A stretch of DNA of 56,960 nt, taken from Octopus bimaculoides. Taxonomy: Eukaryota. Of the stretch, positions 23,142-37,011 are shown in pieces. The position numbers and the translations under genes are program-made. The notes beneath the pieces are model-generated. The model worked only from the letters and a program-made list of their open reading frames with translations. It did no database searches and was not told the origin of the DNA. Location: the NCBI RefSeq assembly GCF_001194135.2, contig NC_068982.1:175662577-175719536 (forward strand), read 5' to 3'. Position 1 is the first letter of the stretch; each line of letters begins with the position of its first letter.

Positions 23142-25824
23142 AAATGTGGAAGAATTTAGAATGTAAAGAGCTGGAACACTTAACACAAAGCACCTCATCC
23201 ACAATTCACTAACCTGGTATTTTATTTTATCATCTCCAAAAGGTTGTAACACTCAGTTAACCTTGGTGAGATTTGAACACCAAGTGCAGGGGGCTGTAAT
23301 AAATACAAGGCATTTTGTCCAACACTCTAGTAGCACTATGTCAATGTGTGTAAATATGTGTGCATGGAACAGATATAGACAGATATAGACAAATAGTTAA
23401 GAATTTAAGAATTTAGTTTTGCAATCATGAGATTCCAGATTCAATTCCATGTGCAGCAACTCTGACATATGTTTCTACATAGATTTGTAAGTGAATTTGG
23501 GTAGACAGAAACTCTATAGAAGGCAATTGGATGGCCTGTATGAGTGAAGTGGAAAAGGCAAGACTTAGCACTCAGTCACACTGAAACTGCTTGAAGATTA
23601 CATTAAGGGTATAACTTTATGCCGAATGCACAGCCAATTACACAATAACTGAATATGTGTAGGATTTTGACAACTGAAAATCCGCAATTCACCTCATCAA
23701 CACTGAAACAAAATTCATTTCTGTATTGTATGTGTATGTGTATTTAAAGGGAGGGAGGGGGATGGAGGAAGGAGAAGGAAGAGAGAGAGAGAGAGAGAGA
23801 AGGAAGGAAGGGAAAAGAGATTAGTAACTTACAGACCATTTGTTGAAGTCAAAAATATATTCAGATATTAGTCAACATAGTTGTGTAACTAACTATATTA
23901 TCCATGAAGTGATAAAAGAGAGAAAAGAACTTGGGAAGGGGCATAGATGTACAGAAATAACAGAAAATTACATCATGGAAACTAGATGAGAAAGGTAAAT
24001 GATGACTTTACTTAAGGTAAATATTTGCCAAACAACTTATGTTAAGAGAATATACATTGGTGGACACTTCATACAAGAGCATATGACTATGCCATAAAAT
24101 AGTTAGGTTACTATTAAATACTAATATTAAGATTGAAAAAAGCTAACAATAATAGTTATGTAGTTGGTAAAGTTCATTAACATAAAGGTAGGAAAAAGCT
24201 AATTGGAAATAGTTATGTAGTTAGTAAAGTTCAATATTGCTTAATGACTTATAATTCTTTTTATTATTTGAACTTTTCTGGCAAGTACAGAAGACAACTC
24301 TGGATATGTTTGCTTTTGACTTATTCTGACCATATTAATGAAGCAGCTAGCCTTCACTAATAAGTGAAACAAGTAAAAGACTAAAAGCATATGCAACTAT
24401 CAATTTTCTCAACTTACACCCTTTGTCAAACAAAGAAAAAGTAAAGGAAAATAAGAAAGAAAACAGGAAATGGTTCCTATGTACAAAGTGAATGCAAATA
24501 GTTTAATTAATTTCATTGTTCCTAGAGAATAAGATGAAGATATGGAATTTTTTGAACAGAAACATCACAAAGTATTACAGAACATAGCAAAATGTGAATG
24601 GGTTAAAATGTGAAGGAAATGACAGTGAAATGCTCACAATCAATGAAGACCAACTGAAAACATTGCTGTGACAGGTTGCTTAATGAAAAGTGCAAATGGC
24701 ATGAATTGCAGAATGGTGAGCAGCTTCAAAAGAAGTTTGGAATTTGAAAGAGACCTGAAGGTGACACATTCATTCATAAAAAAGAATAGAGAAAATAGAT
24801 TGAAGATAGTAAATAATGTGTGAGTGTGTGCGCATTAATGCACATACACAAACATTTAGATATATAGATACGTATTCTTAAACATTTCTATAGACACACA
24901 CACACACAACACATACATATATATACATACATCTATACACACGCATATGTTGTTGACCATAGGCAGACACTTCAGATGTCATATAAAGGGAAGCAGTGGA
25001 CTGTTAGTTTATGTAGGCTAAAAACTGATGGGATAGTTTTAACAGTTAGTGATTAAAATTTAGCCAGTAAGGAAGCTTGCTTTTGGCAATAGAACAAGAG
25101 CTCAGTTTTCACCTGGCTGCTGTAATGTAGTGTAATTTCTTGTTGAGACAAAGACAACTGATATGTCTTTTGCTAAGTTGGAGGATGCTTTGTTGAGACT
25201 GCTCCAGGTTATAACCAACAAAAGTGATTTCTTGTTTCTGAATTCTCCAAATGAAACAAGACAAGGAAGTGGAGTTTTCTTGTGGACTAGAGGGTGCGCA
25301 TCTGCTGGATAGACATTCCTTGGAACTTTCAAGGCAAAGTTTATTTATCACCAACATTTCTTTGATCTTTTACTGTCTTCCAAAAATTATGAAAATGTGA
25401 AAACAAATCATAACACTCATCATTGAAACCAGTAAATGAATGAAAGAACTACAATACTCTGTTAACAACACCAACACCTATACTGCCAAAATACAAGCAG
25501 TGCTAACACTAATACTGCTAGTAAGAAAAAAACAAATTTTACTCACTTGACCCTATAGAAATAGATAAATCTCCCTGGAGTCATATCCTGTCATTTTAAA
25601 AAGGAAAAGAACACATTGGATAATGTGGTTCTATAGGTTCTAGATGCAGAATATTTGAATAAAATACGGGAAGGTCTAGCTGGAATATCTTTGATCACCT
25701 GTTCAATAAGACTACTACAAGCAATACTATTTATAACACTGCTAAAGCATCACTGACGCTACTCTCATCAACAACAACAACAACAACATTAAGAGTACTG
25801 CAATAATAGACCAGCAAGGCTGTG

Positions 25825-26035
25825 AGCTGATAGAATCATTAATACGCTGGGTGAAATGCTTAGTAGTATTTCGTCTGTCTTTACGTTCTGAGTTCAAATT
25901 CTGCCGAGGCCAACTTTGCCTTTCATCTTTTCAGGGTCAGTAAATTAAATACCAGTTGCGTACTAGGGTCGATCTAATTGACTGGCCCCTTCCCCCAAAA
26001 TTTCGGGCCTTGTGCCTAAAGTAGAAAAGAATAAT
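25825..26035 (+). mobile_element. Family 3 SINE
   Basis: Same head and core, with tail CCCCCAAAATTTCGGGCCTTGTGCC. Confidence 0.85.
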
Positions 26036-26045
26036 ACAACCAACA

Positions 26046-26275
26046 ATCATCATTGTTTAATGTCCATTTTCTATGCTGGCATGGGTTGGATGGTTTGACA
26101 TGGAACTTTCCAGATTCCAATTGTCTGTTGTGGCATAGTTGCTACAGCTGGATGCCCTTCCTAATGCCAGCCACTTCACAGAGTGTGCTGGGTGCTTTCT
26201 ACATGCCACAGTATTGGTGCATTTATACAGCACCAGCACAAGTGCATTTTGTGTGTCACTGGCACAGGCAAGGGA
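26046..26275 (-). mobile_element. RTE 3'-end fragment
   Basis: Tail homology including GCTGGATGCCCTTCCTAATGCC. Confidence 0.75.
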
Positions 26276-27189
26276 CAAGCCTGTATGTATGAATGACAGG
26301 ACCATAGATTTGCACAATAAACATTTGGATTTCTAACTATCACCAAATCAACAACACTGCTGGTAAAATTAACATTACTGCTATCACCAGCGATATAATT
26401 TATACAAGCAACAAGGAAATCTCTACATAGTTGTTTCACCTCCAAAATTAGTAGCCATATATATACCTCAAAAGGTTCACAAGCAGAGGACCTGCCCAAG
26501 GGCAGACCACTCCTAGACACTATATATATATATATATACTAAGACACATAGACACATTTACATGCGTGTGCGCACACGTGCACACACACACACACAAATC
26601 AGAGATACTTGAGGTTATTCCAAAGTGTACTTATTAAAGGCAAAACTACTTCAGACCTTTGTGCAGTAAGAGTAACACAAACACAATTTGACAATGGAAA
26701 ATGTAGTTTCAGATACCACTAAAACCATGAGGTAGTCACTGCTGGATTCACTTTAATCATATATCCACTTGATTTCTGGTTTGACCCAGTGCTAACAACA
26801 TTCATTCAATACTATCTCTGCCAACATCACCACTACCAACTTCAACTATCCTAAACAACAATACAACCAACTTTATCACTATCATCACAGACACTGTTAA
26901 CAAACAATAACAACACAACTATCATCATTCTTTTAATCATAGTCTCTCTTTCTCTCACACTCGCTCCCCTCCCTCTGCTACCAATCCCCAATCTATATAA
27001 ACTAAAAACACTGGCATACATACGCATATAGTTTATTTTGTTAATTAGGACATGGAAATAGTATAGGAAGGCAAGCGGAGGTGGGGGGGATAACTTTAAA
27101 AAAAAACAGAAATCAAAGTAGTGTGATTACACCCACACAAATATAAAAATATTTATATACACATATTCTAGTAAATATATATATATATG

Positions 27190-27229
<40 letters not shown>

Positions 27230-27439
27230 CAGACCATACACATCAGTGACTTATATAATTCCAAAAATACTCTTATTACAAAGCAAAGCAACACCCAACT
27301 CTTGTGTAGCAGCAGTAGGATGGATATACCAAGCATTTATGGTATTCCTGTAAATTTCAGGACAGCTAATTTTATCCAAGGGTTAAATTATTTATACATA
27401 CAGAAAACACACACACACACACATATTCACATACACGCC

Positions 27440-27493
<54 letters not shown>

Positions 27494-27594
27494 GGTCAAC
27501 ATAAGAGTAGGCCAAGTTTTCATGTCCCAATATTCATATATTCATTTCAAGTGGTTTATAATCAGTGATGGAAAATATGTGTACACACGCACAT

Positions 27595-28030
27595 ATTATT
27601 CAAAACATACACTTCATTATATACTGTTATGCATTAGTAGCAAGTGCTCAATGCAAAAGCAGAGCAGAATTAGTATAATTTAGTAATCAAAAACATATAC
27701 TTAGAAAAGTAGATATGTAGAATAAAAAAAATTTCAAATCCCTATTGATTTTGGATATATGTTTTAAGTATATTTCTATGTTACTAGATTATACTAATAT
27801 ATATATTTATATATAGTATAATCCAGTAACATAAAATATACTTAGAAAAATATATATCCAAAATCAATAAGGATATTATTTTTCATATATGAGTGATTGT
27901 GTGTGTGTGTGTGTATACATACATACACATATGTTTTTTATGTCATTAGACTATACTAATTACAATCTGCTTCTGTATTGAGCACTTACTCCTAACATAT
28001 GAAAGTATATGTTGAAGTATATATTTCAAA
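27595..28030. repeat. AT-rich palindrome of about 430 bp with internal subrepeats
   Basis: Inner arms about 27742-27796 / 27814-27873. Outer arms about 27635-27698 / 27929-27995. Confidence 0.8.
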
Positions 28031-28426
28031 GCTGATTGTGTATGTCTGATTACCTTTTACATATCTTTGTAGATGCACATAACCAAGTGTGTGCGTGTAT
28101 TCATTTAAAGAATCTTAAATGGAAGTATCTTTGGCATGTCTTGCAAATTTTTACTGTGCTGCTAATAGATTGGAAATGCTAGTAGTTTCATTTACTCTTT
28201 CTTAGAAAATCCAAGCGTTCCAAGGTTTTTGTGCAAATCTGTAGTTACCCAGTCTATTACATCTATCATGATAGATGAATGAAAATCATCTATCATAAAT
28301 GAAAATCTATAGCCAGGGTACAGAAGCAAAAGGAAAGAGAGAGAATCCCCCAAAATTAAAAACTGAAGTAGATTGCTAATGACCTCATCATAAATGGAAA
28401 CTGAAATCCTATAGAGCAAAAACTAT

Positions 28427-28427
<1 letters not shown>

Positions 28428-28473
<46 letters not shown>

Positions 28474-28584
28474 AAAATATAAGTGAGTACAATATGACTT
28501 TATATTAAAATATAAGTGAATACAATATGATACTATATTAAATTATAAATGAATACAATATCATATTATATTAAAATATAAGTA
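28428..28584. repeat. (TTA)n microsatellite followed by a 33-bp minisatellite x3.3
   Basis: Units start at 28474, 28507, 28540 and 28573. Confidence 0.9.
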
Positions 28585-29059
28585 TATACTACATTTTTTA
28601 CTACTTTGACTAGCACCATGCAATTGTATGTAGGTAAATATGCATAACACAGCCTATTAAAACTGTGGCCAATATTTGACTTTAAGTTTCAATGACAAGG
28701 TCCTACATAAATGTACATAGAAAAATTTTAATAAATATATATATATCAAATACTAGTTGTTATCACAAAATTATAATAAAGTTCAAGTAACTACTGCAAT
28801 GTATGTGTTGGTAACAGTAACAATATCTATACCAAAACAAAAACAAATTGAAGTCATTGTTGCTTTGCAGTGATGAACTCAGCAGAAATCAACACAAAAC
28901 TATTCCAGTATATTACAATCTTATATCAATAATGAATATACCTTAACAACTTAAACAGGGCTCAAGACATTTATTTTATTAATTCCAAGAAAATAAATGC
29001 TGAGTGAATGCCAGAGAAACAAGACTAAAGACTGTAAAGTATTTAATATGCTGTGATTG

Positions 29060-29526
29060 AGAAAACCCGGCAAGTAAAGTGAGATCACAGCCGTAGCCTA
29101 TACCAGTGTCATATAACCAGCCCATTTAAAAGTACCCTTGAATCATCGGGAAATATGCTGCGCTTGAGAAGACCTATTGAGTCAAGTAAAATCAAAATCA
29201 AATCAAGATTGAAATCAAAATGGAAATTGTTGTTGTGGCCGATGCCAGTGCCGCCTGACTGGCACCTGTGCTGGTGGCACATAAAAAGCACCATCTGAAC
29301 GTGGTCAATGCCAGTGCCGCCTGTCTGGCTCCCATGCCAGTGGCATTTAAAAAGCATCCACTACCTCTCAGCGTGGTTGGCGTTAGGAAGGGCATCCAGC
29401 TGTAGAAACCTTGCCAGGTCAGATTGGAGCCTGGTGCAGCTTACTGGCTTGTCAGTCCCCAGTCAAACCGTCCAACCCATGCCATCATGGAAAACGGACG
29501 TTAAACGATGATGATGATGATGATGA
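29060..29526 (+). mobile_element. RTE 3' UTR and tail
   Basis: GAGAAAACCCGGCAAGTAAAGTGAG ORF end, 66-bp repeat units and a (GAT)n tail. Confidence 0.85.
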
Positions 29527-30372
29527 CACTATTATATCTTACCCAACTCACTGTCAAATATATAACTGCACCAAAGAAATACATTTAACTACATCAAAGC
29601 AAAAAAACAAAACCCAAAAGCTACCTTTGTTGTTTCTGCACCCACATCATTCAACCATATCCAATTAGAAGGCCATTTACTTTGATTGGCAAAGTTTCCG
29701 AAGTGGCAACCCACAATGCTTACTCATTGTTAAGCCATAACTTTCCGCAGTAGCAGCAACTGCCACTGCCACTACCTATCTAAGTACTACAAAATCCTTT
29801 CTTCATCTCAACTTACAGTGTATACCAACTTTATCCAGTTACCCAACACCCATTTCTTTTCTCCATTCTCTTCCCTTTTGTACACTTATTATTTATCTCC
29901 TGTCTTACTCTATGCCCATAACATCATCTCTCAGAAATTCACTATATATCGTTCAAAGATATTTGGTCTATAAACAGAAAGCAGCACCAACTGAGGATAT
30001 AGACCATTGACTTTTCTGGATTGATCTTTCAGACTCTTTGACACAACCATACATACAACAATATCAAAAACTTACTGTAGCACAATTTTTTTTACATTTT
30101 TACATAATTATTAAATGGGTAAGAAGAAATGATATTTGACTAACATAAAACGGTTTTAGCTAGTAAGGAAAATTTTAACCCAAGATATTTGTCTCAGATG
30201 TTCTTGTTCATTTTGCTTTGAAATTTCAAAATTGAATGAGCTGTTTCATAAAGTAGGAACAACTTGCTGCTGTATGCTAAAAATATATGGAATTCAAAAG
30301 TAAATGGATCCTCTGTTGGTTTTAACGATGAGTATTCCAACTGTTCAGTAAACCTAACTACCTACTCATTGA

Positions 30373-30374
<2 letters not shown>

Positions 30375-30416
<42 letters not shown>
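30375..30416. repeat. (GT)n microsatellite
   Basis: Direct inspection. Confidence 0.95.
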
Positions 30417-30417
<1 letters not shown>

Positions 30418-30661
30418 ATGTCTTTTAAGTTGAGAGCAGTTTGATAAATGGAGCAATGGGGCAATTAAGCATATAAAATCAGAGGAAAGCTGCTGGTGAG
30501 TAATTTTTTCAAAGACTTGTTTTTTAATTATTTTTGTGTGTTCAAAGTGCCTTTTTCATTCATGGGTCATTCATCAAAAAAGGAATATTCTGATGGATGT
30601 TGTATGCCTCTGTATTTCTTGGATTGTGTGCTGATATACAAGTATTAAATGTATTAGGTCT

Positions 30662-31047
30662 GGAGGCGCAATGGCCCAGTGGTTAGGGCAGCGGACTCAC
30701 GGTCATAGGATCGCAGTTTCGGTTCTCAGACCGGGCGTTGTGAGTGTTTATTGAGTGGAAATACCTAAAGCTCCATGAGGCTCCGGCAAGGGATGGTGGC
30801 GAACCCTGCTGTACTCTTCCACCACAACTTTCTCTCATTCTTACTTCCCATTTCTGTTGTGCCTGTAATTCAAAGGGTCAGCCTTGTCACACTGTGTCAC
30901 ACTGAATATCCCCGAGAACTACGTTAAGGGTGCACGTGTCTGTGGAGTGCTCAGCCACTTGTATGTTAATTTCACGAGCAGGCTGTTCCGTTGATCGGAT
31001 CAACTGGAACCCTCGACGTCGTAAGCGACGGAGTGCCAACAACAACA
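30662..31047 (+). mobile_element. tRNA-derived SINE (family 1, CAA tail)
   Basis: A-box TGGCCCAGTGG and B-box-like GTTTCGGTTC. Three highly similar copies occur in the window. (CAA)n tail. Confidence 0.9.
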
Positions 31048-31404
31048 AAGTGCATCAGGGGGTGTTCCTTGCTTCACATGAGTATCATTTTTGCACATTC
31101 TCTTCCGTTAGTGCTAAGCAGAGATGAATGTGTTCAAATCTGGGTAGCAGCAAACCTGGATATATTCGCAAAAAGCATCAATCATGGAGAATGGGTAGGT
31201 CTAGAGTAACAGCAAAGAAACACGGATGAGAAGAAAGAGAAAAGAACGAGGTAGAGAATGAGCAAGAGAGAAGGAAATAGAAAAATACACAAATAGAAGA
31301 CTATGAAGAATAGAAAGATAGAAGGGCGTACGATTAAAGGGCTGATTAGCATCTCATGAAATCCAGTAGAATACCAAGTGAAATCACAGTTAAAATATAA
31401 AGGG

Positions 31405-31740
31405 TAAAGGCCCCCTTTGGTCATGAATGACCATGGGATTGCACCTAGAAATTTACCCTCTGAGGTACAAGTCTAGGCAAGGTTGTTTTATGGAAAACCA
31501 ACAATCACCCATCCATACTAGCTTCCCCTCTCCACACCACTGATGTTATCCAAGAGTAAGGCAAAAGACAACACAGCCTGGCACCAGTGATGTTTCAATT
31601 CATTTCTACAGCTGAGTAAACTGGAGCAACATGAAATAAAGTGTCTTGCTCAAGAACACGACACATAGCCGGTCCGGGAATTAAACTCACAACCTCATGA
31701 TTGTGAGCCCAATGCTCTAACCACTGAGCTATGCACCTTC
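31405..31740 (-). mobile_element. tRNA-derived SINE (family 4)
   Basis: Head GAAGGTGCATAGCTCAGTGGTTAGAGC...GAGTTTAATTCCC, followed by GTGTTCTTGAGCAAGACACTT. Confidence 0.8.
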
Positions 31741-32116
31741 ATTATAGTTGAAATATAATACAGTAACATAATATAAAATTATTTCAACACATTAAATCAG
31801 TAAGTGATTATTCAAGAATGTGAAAAACTGAAGTGGGAATCATAAAGATAGTTAAGAATGAGATAAACAGATCATTAATATTCTAGAAAGTAGTTAATAC
31901 CTGTATAAAATATTAAAAGAGGTTGCAAGACTATAAGTATGGTAAGAGATCAGAAAAGAATAATAGTAACAGAGAGCATTGAAATAAGGTAAATGGTATC
32001 TTTGAAAGGTTTTATGTTTATTTATATATATTCGTTTCTTTTATGTCTGGTTTTCCACGTCAGCATGTGTTAGACAACTATATTTTTGATGCATTGACTT
32101 ACATTTGGAAGCTTTT

Positions 32117-32985
32117 CATCATCATCATCATCATCATCATCATCGTTTAACGCCCGCTTTCCATGCTAGCATGGGTTGGACGATTTGACTGAGGACTGGT
32201 GAAACCGGATGGCAACACCAGGCTCCAGTCTGATTTGGCAGAGTTTCTACAGCTGGATGCCCTTCCTAACGCCAACCACTCAGAGAGTGTAGTGGGTGCT
32301 TTTACGTGTCACCCGCATGAAAACGGCCACGCTCGAAATGGTGTCTTTTATGTGCCNNNNNNNNNNNNNNNNNNNNNNNNNNNNNNNNNNNNNNNNNNNN
32401 NNNNNNNNNNNNNNNNNNNNNNNNNNNNNNNNNNNNNNNNNNNNNNNNNNNNNNNNNNNNNNNNNNNNNNNNNNNNNNNNNNNNNNNNNNNNNNNNNNNN
32501 NNNNNNNNNNNNNNNNNNNNNNNNNNNNNNNNNNNNNNNNNNNNNNNNNNNNNNNNNNNNNNNNNNNNNNNNNNNNNNNNNNNNNNNNNNNNNNNNNNNN
32601 NNNNNNNNNNNNNNNNNNNNNNNNNNNNNNNNNNNNNNNNNNNNNNNNNNNNNNNNNNNNNNNNNNNNNNNNNNNNNNNNNNNNNNNNNNNNNNNNNNNN
32701 NNNNNNNNNNNNNNNNNNTGTACGAAGGTCTTGCCTCACCACCTCAGCCCAGGTCTTCCTGGGCCTACCTCTTCCACGGGTTCCCTCAACTGTTAGGGTG
32801 TGGCACTTTTTCACGCAGCTATCCTCATCCATTCTCACCACATGTCCATACCAGCGCAATCGTCTCTCTTGCACGCCACAACTGATGCTTCTAATGTTCA
32901 GCTTTTCTCTCAAGATACTTACACTCTGACGGGTATTCACATTGACATTACACATCCAACGGAGCATACTGGCTTCATTTCTTGA
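32117..32985 (-). mobile_element. Young 5'-truncated RTE LINE spanning an assembly gap
   Basis: Uninterrupted peptide EASMLRWMCNV...QERRLRWYGHVVRMDEDSCVKKC...GRPRKTW. The tail is near-identical to 4992-5255. Confidence 0.9.
32357..32718. other. Assembly gap (N)
   Basis: Run of N. Confidence 1.
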
Positions 32986-33773
32986 CACTAACCCTTCTTT
33001 GCTTTTCAAGTAAATGATCTCATACTCCACGCAGCTCTGAAGGTACAAAGTGATTTGGGGATTTATTGACAGGAAAAATCCCAGCAGAACACTGCATGGG
33101 CACTATGATTTTCAAATAAATAAATCCACTCACAAGGCTTTAGTCAACCTGAGGCTATAGTAAAAGACTTACTCAAGGTACCATACAGTGTGCTTGAACC
33201 TGAAAACATGTGGTTTCTAGTTCATTCCTACTGCATGGACACTGCTAGCTAGTGTCTTCCTCTACAGCAGCAAACTGACTAATACCTAGTGTATGAAGTT
33301 TGGTAAATGGAAAAAGAAAGAAGCTTTTTGTATATGTGTGTAAGTGTATACATATGTGCATGAATTTGTCTGTGTGCGTATGTGCATAAGTGAGTGCAAA
33401 TTCCCATTGCCTTGACATGTACACTGATGGTAAACCAAAGTCCCCGTTTACACGAACACTTGTTTATGCCCCTTCATGAAAGCATGTCATTCAATAAACT
33501 AGGGGAAGTATGACCATGCTTGGAAACAGAAGGGTGTTGGTGACAGGAACAGCATTCCAGTGTAAAAAAATTCTGTTTTGCTCAATGAATTTTTCCTGAC
33601 CCATGCAAACAAGGGAAAGTGGACATTAAAATAATGATGAATATATGTGTGTGTGTGTATGTACAGTATGTATATGTGCATGTATAGCCACACATAATTC
33701 ATACATACATGCATTATACACACACACACATGTACACACAATATGTTTTCCAAATCTCTTTTCTCTTTGTTTG

Positions 33774-33846
33774 TTTTAATGTTTTGGTGTTGAAAATACC
33801 ATATATGTATGTATATGGAAATTTTTTCACCCCCAAAACATTAAAA
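33774..33846. repeat. Small interrupted hairpin
   Basis: TTTTAATGTTTTGG/CCAAAACATTAAAA (14 bp), TGAAAA/TTTTCA and CCATATA/TATATGG. Confidence 0.75.
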
Positions 33847-35075
33847 AAAAAAAATTTAGCTTGAAATTTTATGAATGTGACCAATTATAACCTTAGGGAT
33901 ATTGATAGGTCATGGTGAGAGTTAAAACCAGATTTACAGTTTCAAACAACGTGAAATATTAATATTAACTTATGATACTTGTTTATTATGATAATAACTA
34001 TAAAAAATAATGCTGTTCACAAAAATAATGATAATGAGAATAAAGAAAATAAAGACATTTACTGAAACTTACACAACATAACAAGTAAACACACATACAC
34101 TCACACAACGAAAATAACAAATGCACACTAACATATACTAATGCCATGGTTACAGATGGTAAAAAAAGAGTGAAAAGGAATTGATGTCACTTGCTCGTAT
34201 GCTATTGACAAAATAGGAAAAAGCAGTTAAGAATTTATGTGAGATGCAATGATAAGTGACTGAAATAAACTCCTGCGTGTATATATAATTAAACACATAT
34301 ATATTATTAGAAACTGAGACTTCCATTAGTTACCCAGGGTATCCATATTTGTATTTTAACAATGTTATTTTCCTTTGTTAAGGAACAAAACTAACAGATT
34401 CAGAGTAACGATGGAGGGTGGTCCTAACATTGAATAAATTAAGCTCAAAATGGATTTTGTGCGTGTGTGTGTGCATGCGTGCATGTGCTTGTGTGTGTGA
34501 GTGTTGCCTCGTCTTGAGATCACGTGATGATTGTAAGCAAGCATCACAGTCATACAACAGCATCATTTGTTTCAACTCTTCTGTTTAAAGATGTCTGGCC
34601 ACGAGTAAATATTACCTTACATGAAAACTGGTGTGGGTTGGTGCCCACTGTATGGGGCAGGGGTTACTAGATGAATTCTGGACTTATCTAAAAAGAGGCT
34701 ATTTCACTGTTTGGTAATGATTCACACACTAACATGTATACATTTGTTGTTTAACTTATCCCAATTGAAGAGACCTGTGACCAAGAGTTTTCTAGTCACG
34801 ATCATCCTACAGTTGGCTACAGTTTACAGCTGCGAGCACAGAGAGAAATCAAGGTTTTGTAAAAAATAAACTGATTTTAATTTGTTGAGATGAAAAAAGA
34901 AACATATTTTTCTGTAGGAAATGTAGGATTAGATATTAGCAAGCAACCTCATCAGGTAATATAATGCTGGAAAAAAACCTACACATAAAACGCTGAGTGA
35001 AGGCTAGGGTATGACAAAGGTTTGAAAGACAAAATGGAAGGAGAGGGATTCAACGCAATGGGATAATACATATGA

Positions 35076-35458
35076 GGAGGCGCAATGGTCCAGGTGGTAG
35101 GGCAGCGGACTCGTGGTCATAGGATCGCGGTTTCGATTCCCAGACTGGGCTTTGTGAGTGTTTATTGAGCGAAAACACCTAAAGCTCCACAAGGCTCCAG
35201 CAGGGGATGGTGGCGAACCCTGCTCTACTCTTTCACCACAACTTTCTCTCACTCTTACTTCCTGTTTCTGTTGTACCTGTATTTCAAAGGGTCAGCCTTG
35301 TCACACTGTGTCACGCTGAATATCCCCGAGAACTACGATAAGGGTACATGTTTCTGTGGAGTGCTCAGCCACTTGCACGTTAATTTCACGAGCAGGCTGT
35401 TCCGTTGATCGGATCAACTGGAACCCTCGACGTTGTAAGCGACGGAGTGCCAACAACA
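35076..35458 (+). mobile_element. tRNA-derived SINE (family 1)
   Basis: Full-length homolog of 30662-31047. Confidence 0.9.
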
Positions 35459-37011
35459 AGACTTATTTTAAATGAGGAAATAACTATCCTTTGAAACCCT
35501 GACATTTAAAACACTATTTTAACTCACTTTTTACAATTATTCCCTCAAGTTATTCTTCATAGCAGGCTTTATGTTTCACTAATTTAAACTACAAAACTTA
35601 CTACTGAGTCTATATTTAAAGTGTACTATACTCATTTTCTAAATTTTGTGATTAAAATTCCTAAATATTTTGCTTTTACTGAATCAAATGTATGCTGACT
35701 CTTTTTCAGCTAATTGTGTAATGTCATTGATTATTTTTCTATAGAGCACAGCTTTTGTCAAAACAAATTCTTTCTGTTTAACTATGCAACTGCTTTTACG
35801 GAGGATTTTTGTAATTTTTCCAGTGTTTCTTTTCCCCACTCCATTTATAGTAGCATACAGCATGTTTAAAAATATGAGTATCATGCAGTACTTGTGGGAT
35901 GGTTTGCAAGCTCTTCCAATACTGAAAGCAACTACTATGTGAGCACATCAATTTGTAAATTACATTAGTTACTTCTGAGTGATTTTTGCCTTTTGCTGTT
36001 AGTACAATAGGTCACCTAGTGTTGAATTTTTGTTATACAAAACTGAGTTTAATTTGGCCTTAGAATGTGTGCTGTATACATTTCATTTAATTATCCTCTA
36101 CCCAGTAGAATAATAAGGAGAAAAGTTATCCTCCCCAGAACTCTTTCATCAATTTTATAGCTCATGTTCATTTGATTTCTGAAGTAGATCATATGTCTGT
36201 TAGGAGTAGATAAGTAGTTGCTATTTATTTTCTAGTTGATTCATTAATACTTGTGTCTACTAGTTTATGTATTCCTTATTGAATAAGTTTTTTTTCTTTG
36301 TTATGTGGGTATCTTTCATTTGATATACTTAAGGGAGCAATACTGAAAGATATTTGGTAGGATTTTTCGAACATATATATTTATCTTAACAATCACTTAA
36401 TGCTTTCAAGTATAAAGGTTTCATTGTTTATTGGCATAAACATAAAATTATAATTTTAGTGTATTCTGCTTTTATTTTGCTAAATATTTAAGAATTGTTG
36501 TTTACAAATATTTGTTTTATTAACTAAACAGAAATATATTTTTAGAAATAAATCTGCAACATCTATTTTCTTCATTTTCCTTGGTGCCAAATGTTTTGTC
36601 TTCTAATTAATAATTTAGAACTGGCATAGAGGGCTAAAGTAAGGACAAACTGTTTTTTGTGTTATATAGTTTGAAGGAAAGTCAACAAGAGTACTTATTC
36701 TTTTATTGTTTTACTTGTTTTGGTCACTTGACTGCAGCCATGCTGAACAAATCAACCCCAGGACTTATTTTTTAAGCCCAGTACTTATTCTATCAGCCTC
36801 TTTTGCTGAACTGCTAATTTATGGGGATGTAAACACACCAACACTGGTTGTCAAGCAGTGATGGAGGGGGGGGACAAACACAGACACACACACATCTGTT
36901 ATTTTATTTTTGATCTTCTATATCAATGAAGATATTTCCTCCATCTGGTTGCTTTTCTTTCAACAAAACGAGAAGTTACATCGCAGAACTGTTATTTTAA
37001 CGAGTTGTGTC

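Noticed and set aside
25102-25357. Two overlapping minus-strand ORFs in GC-richer sequence
   Set aside because: No recognisable domain and no good acceptor. Probably a decayed element.
25550-25580. 6-nt microexon (ctatag|GGTCAA|gtgagt)
   Set aside because: It falls in a dispersed repeat fragment (similar text near 6295 and 39505).
30662-30740. tRNA genes at the SINE heads (also 35076, 54203, 31670, 43693)
   Set aside because: No intact cloverleaf acceptor stem. Each continues into a multi-copy SINE body.
30930-31127. Repeated ORF containing RRRKRR (also 54425-54658)
   Set aside because: The recurrence is explained by the SINE copy. There is no coding or splice evidence.
32199-33048. Long ORFs across the N gap (also 44129-44696)
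   Set aside because: Their length is produced by N runs. Only the RTE C-terminal part is real.
34890-34965. Minus-strand CTGATGA...GAAA
   Set aside because: Helix II does not close next to GAAA, and there is no NUH with a helix I.
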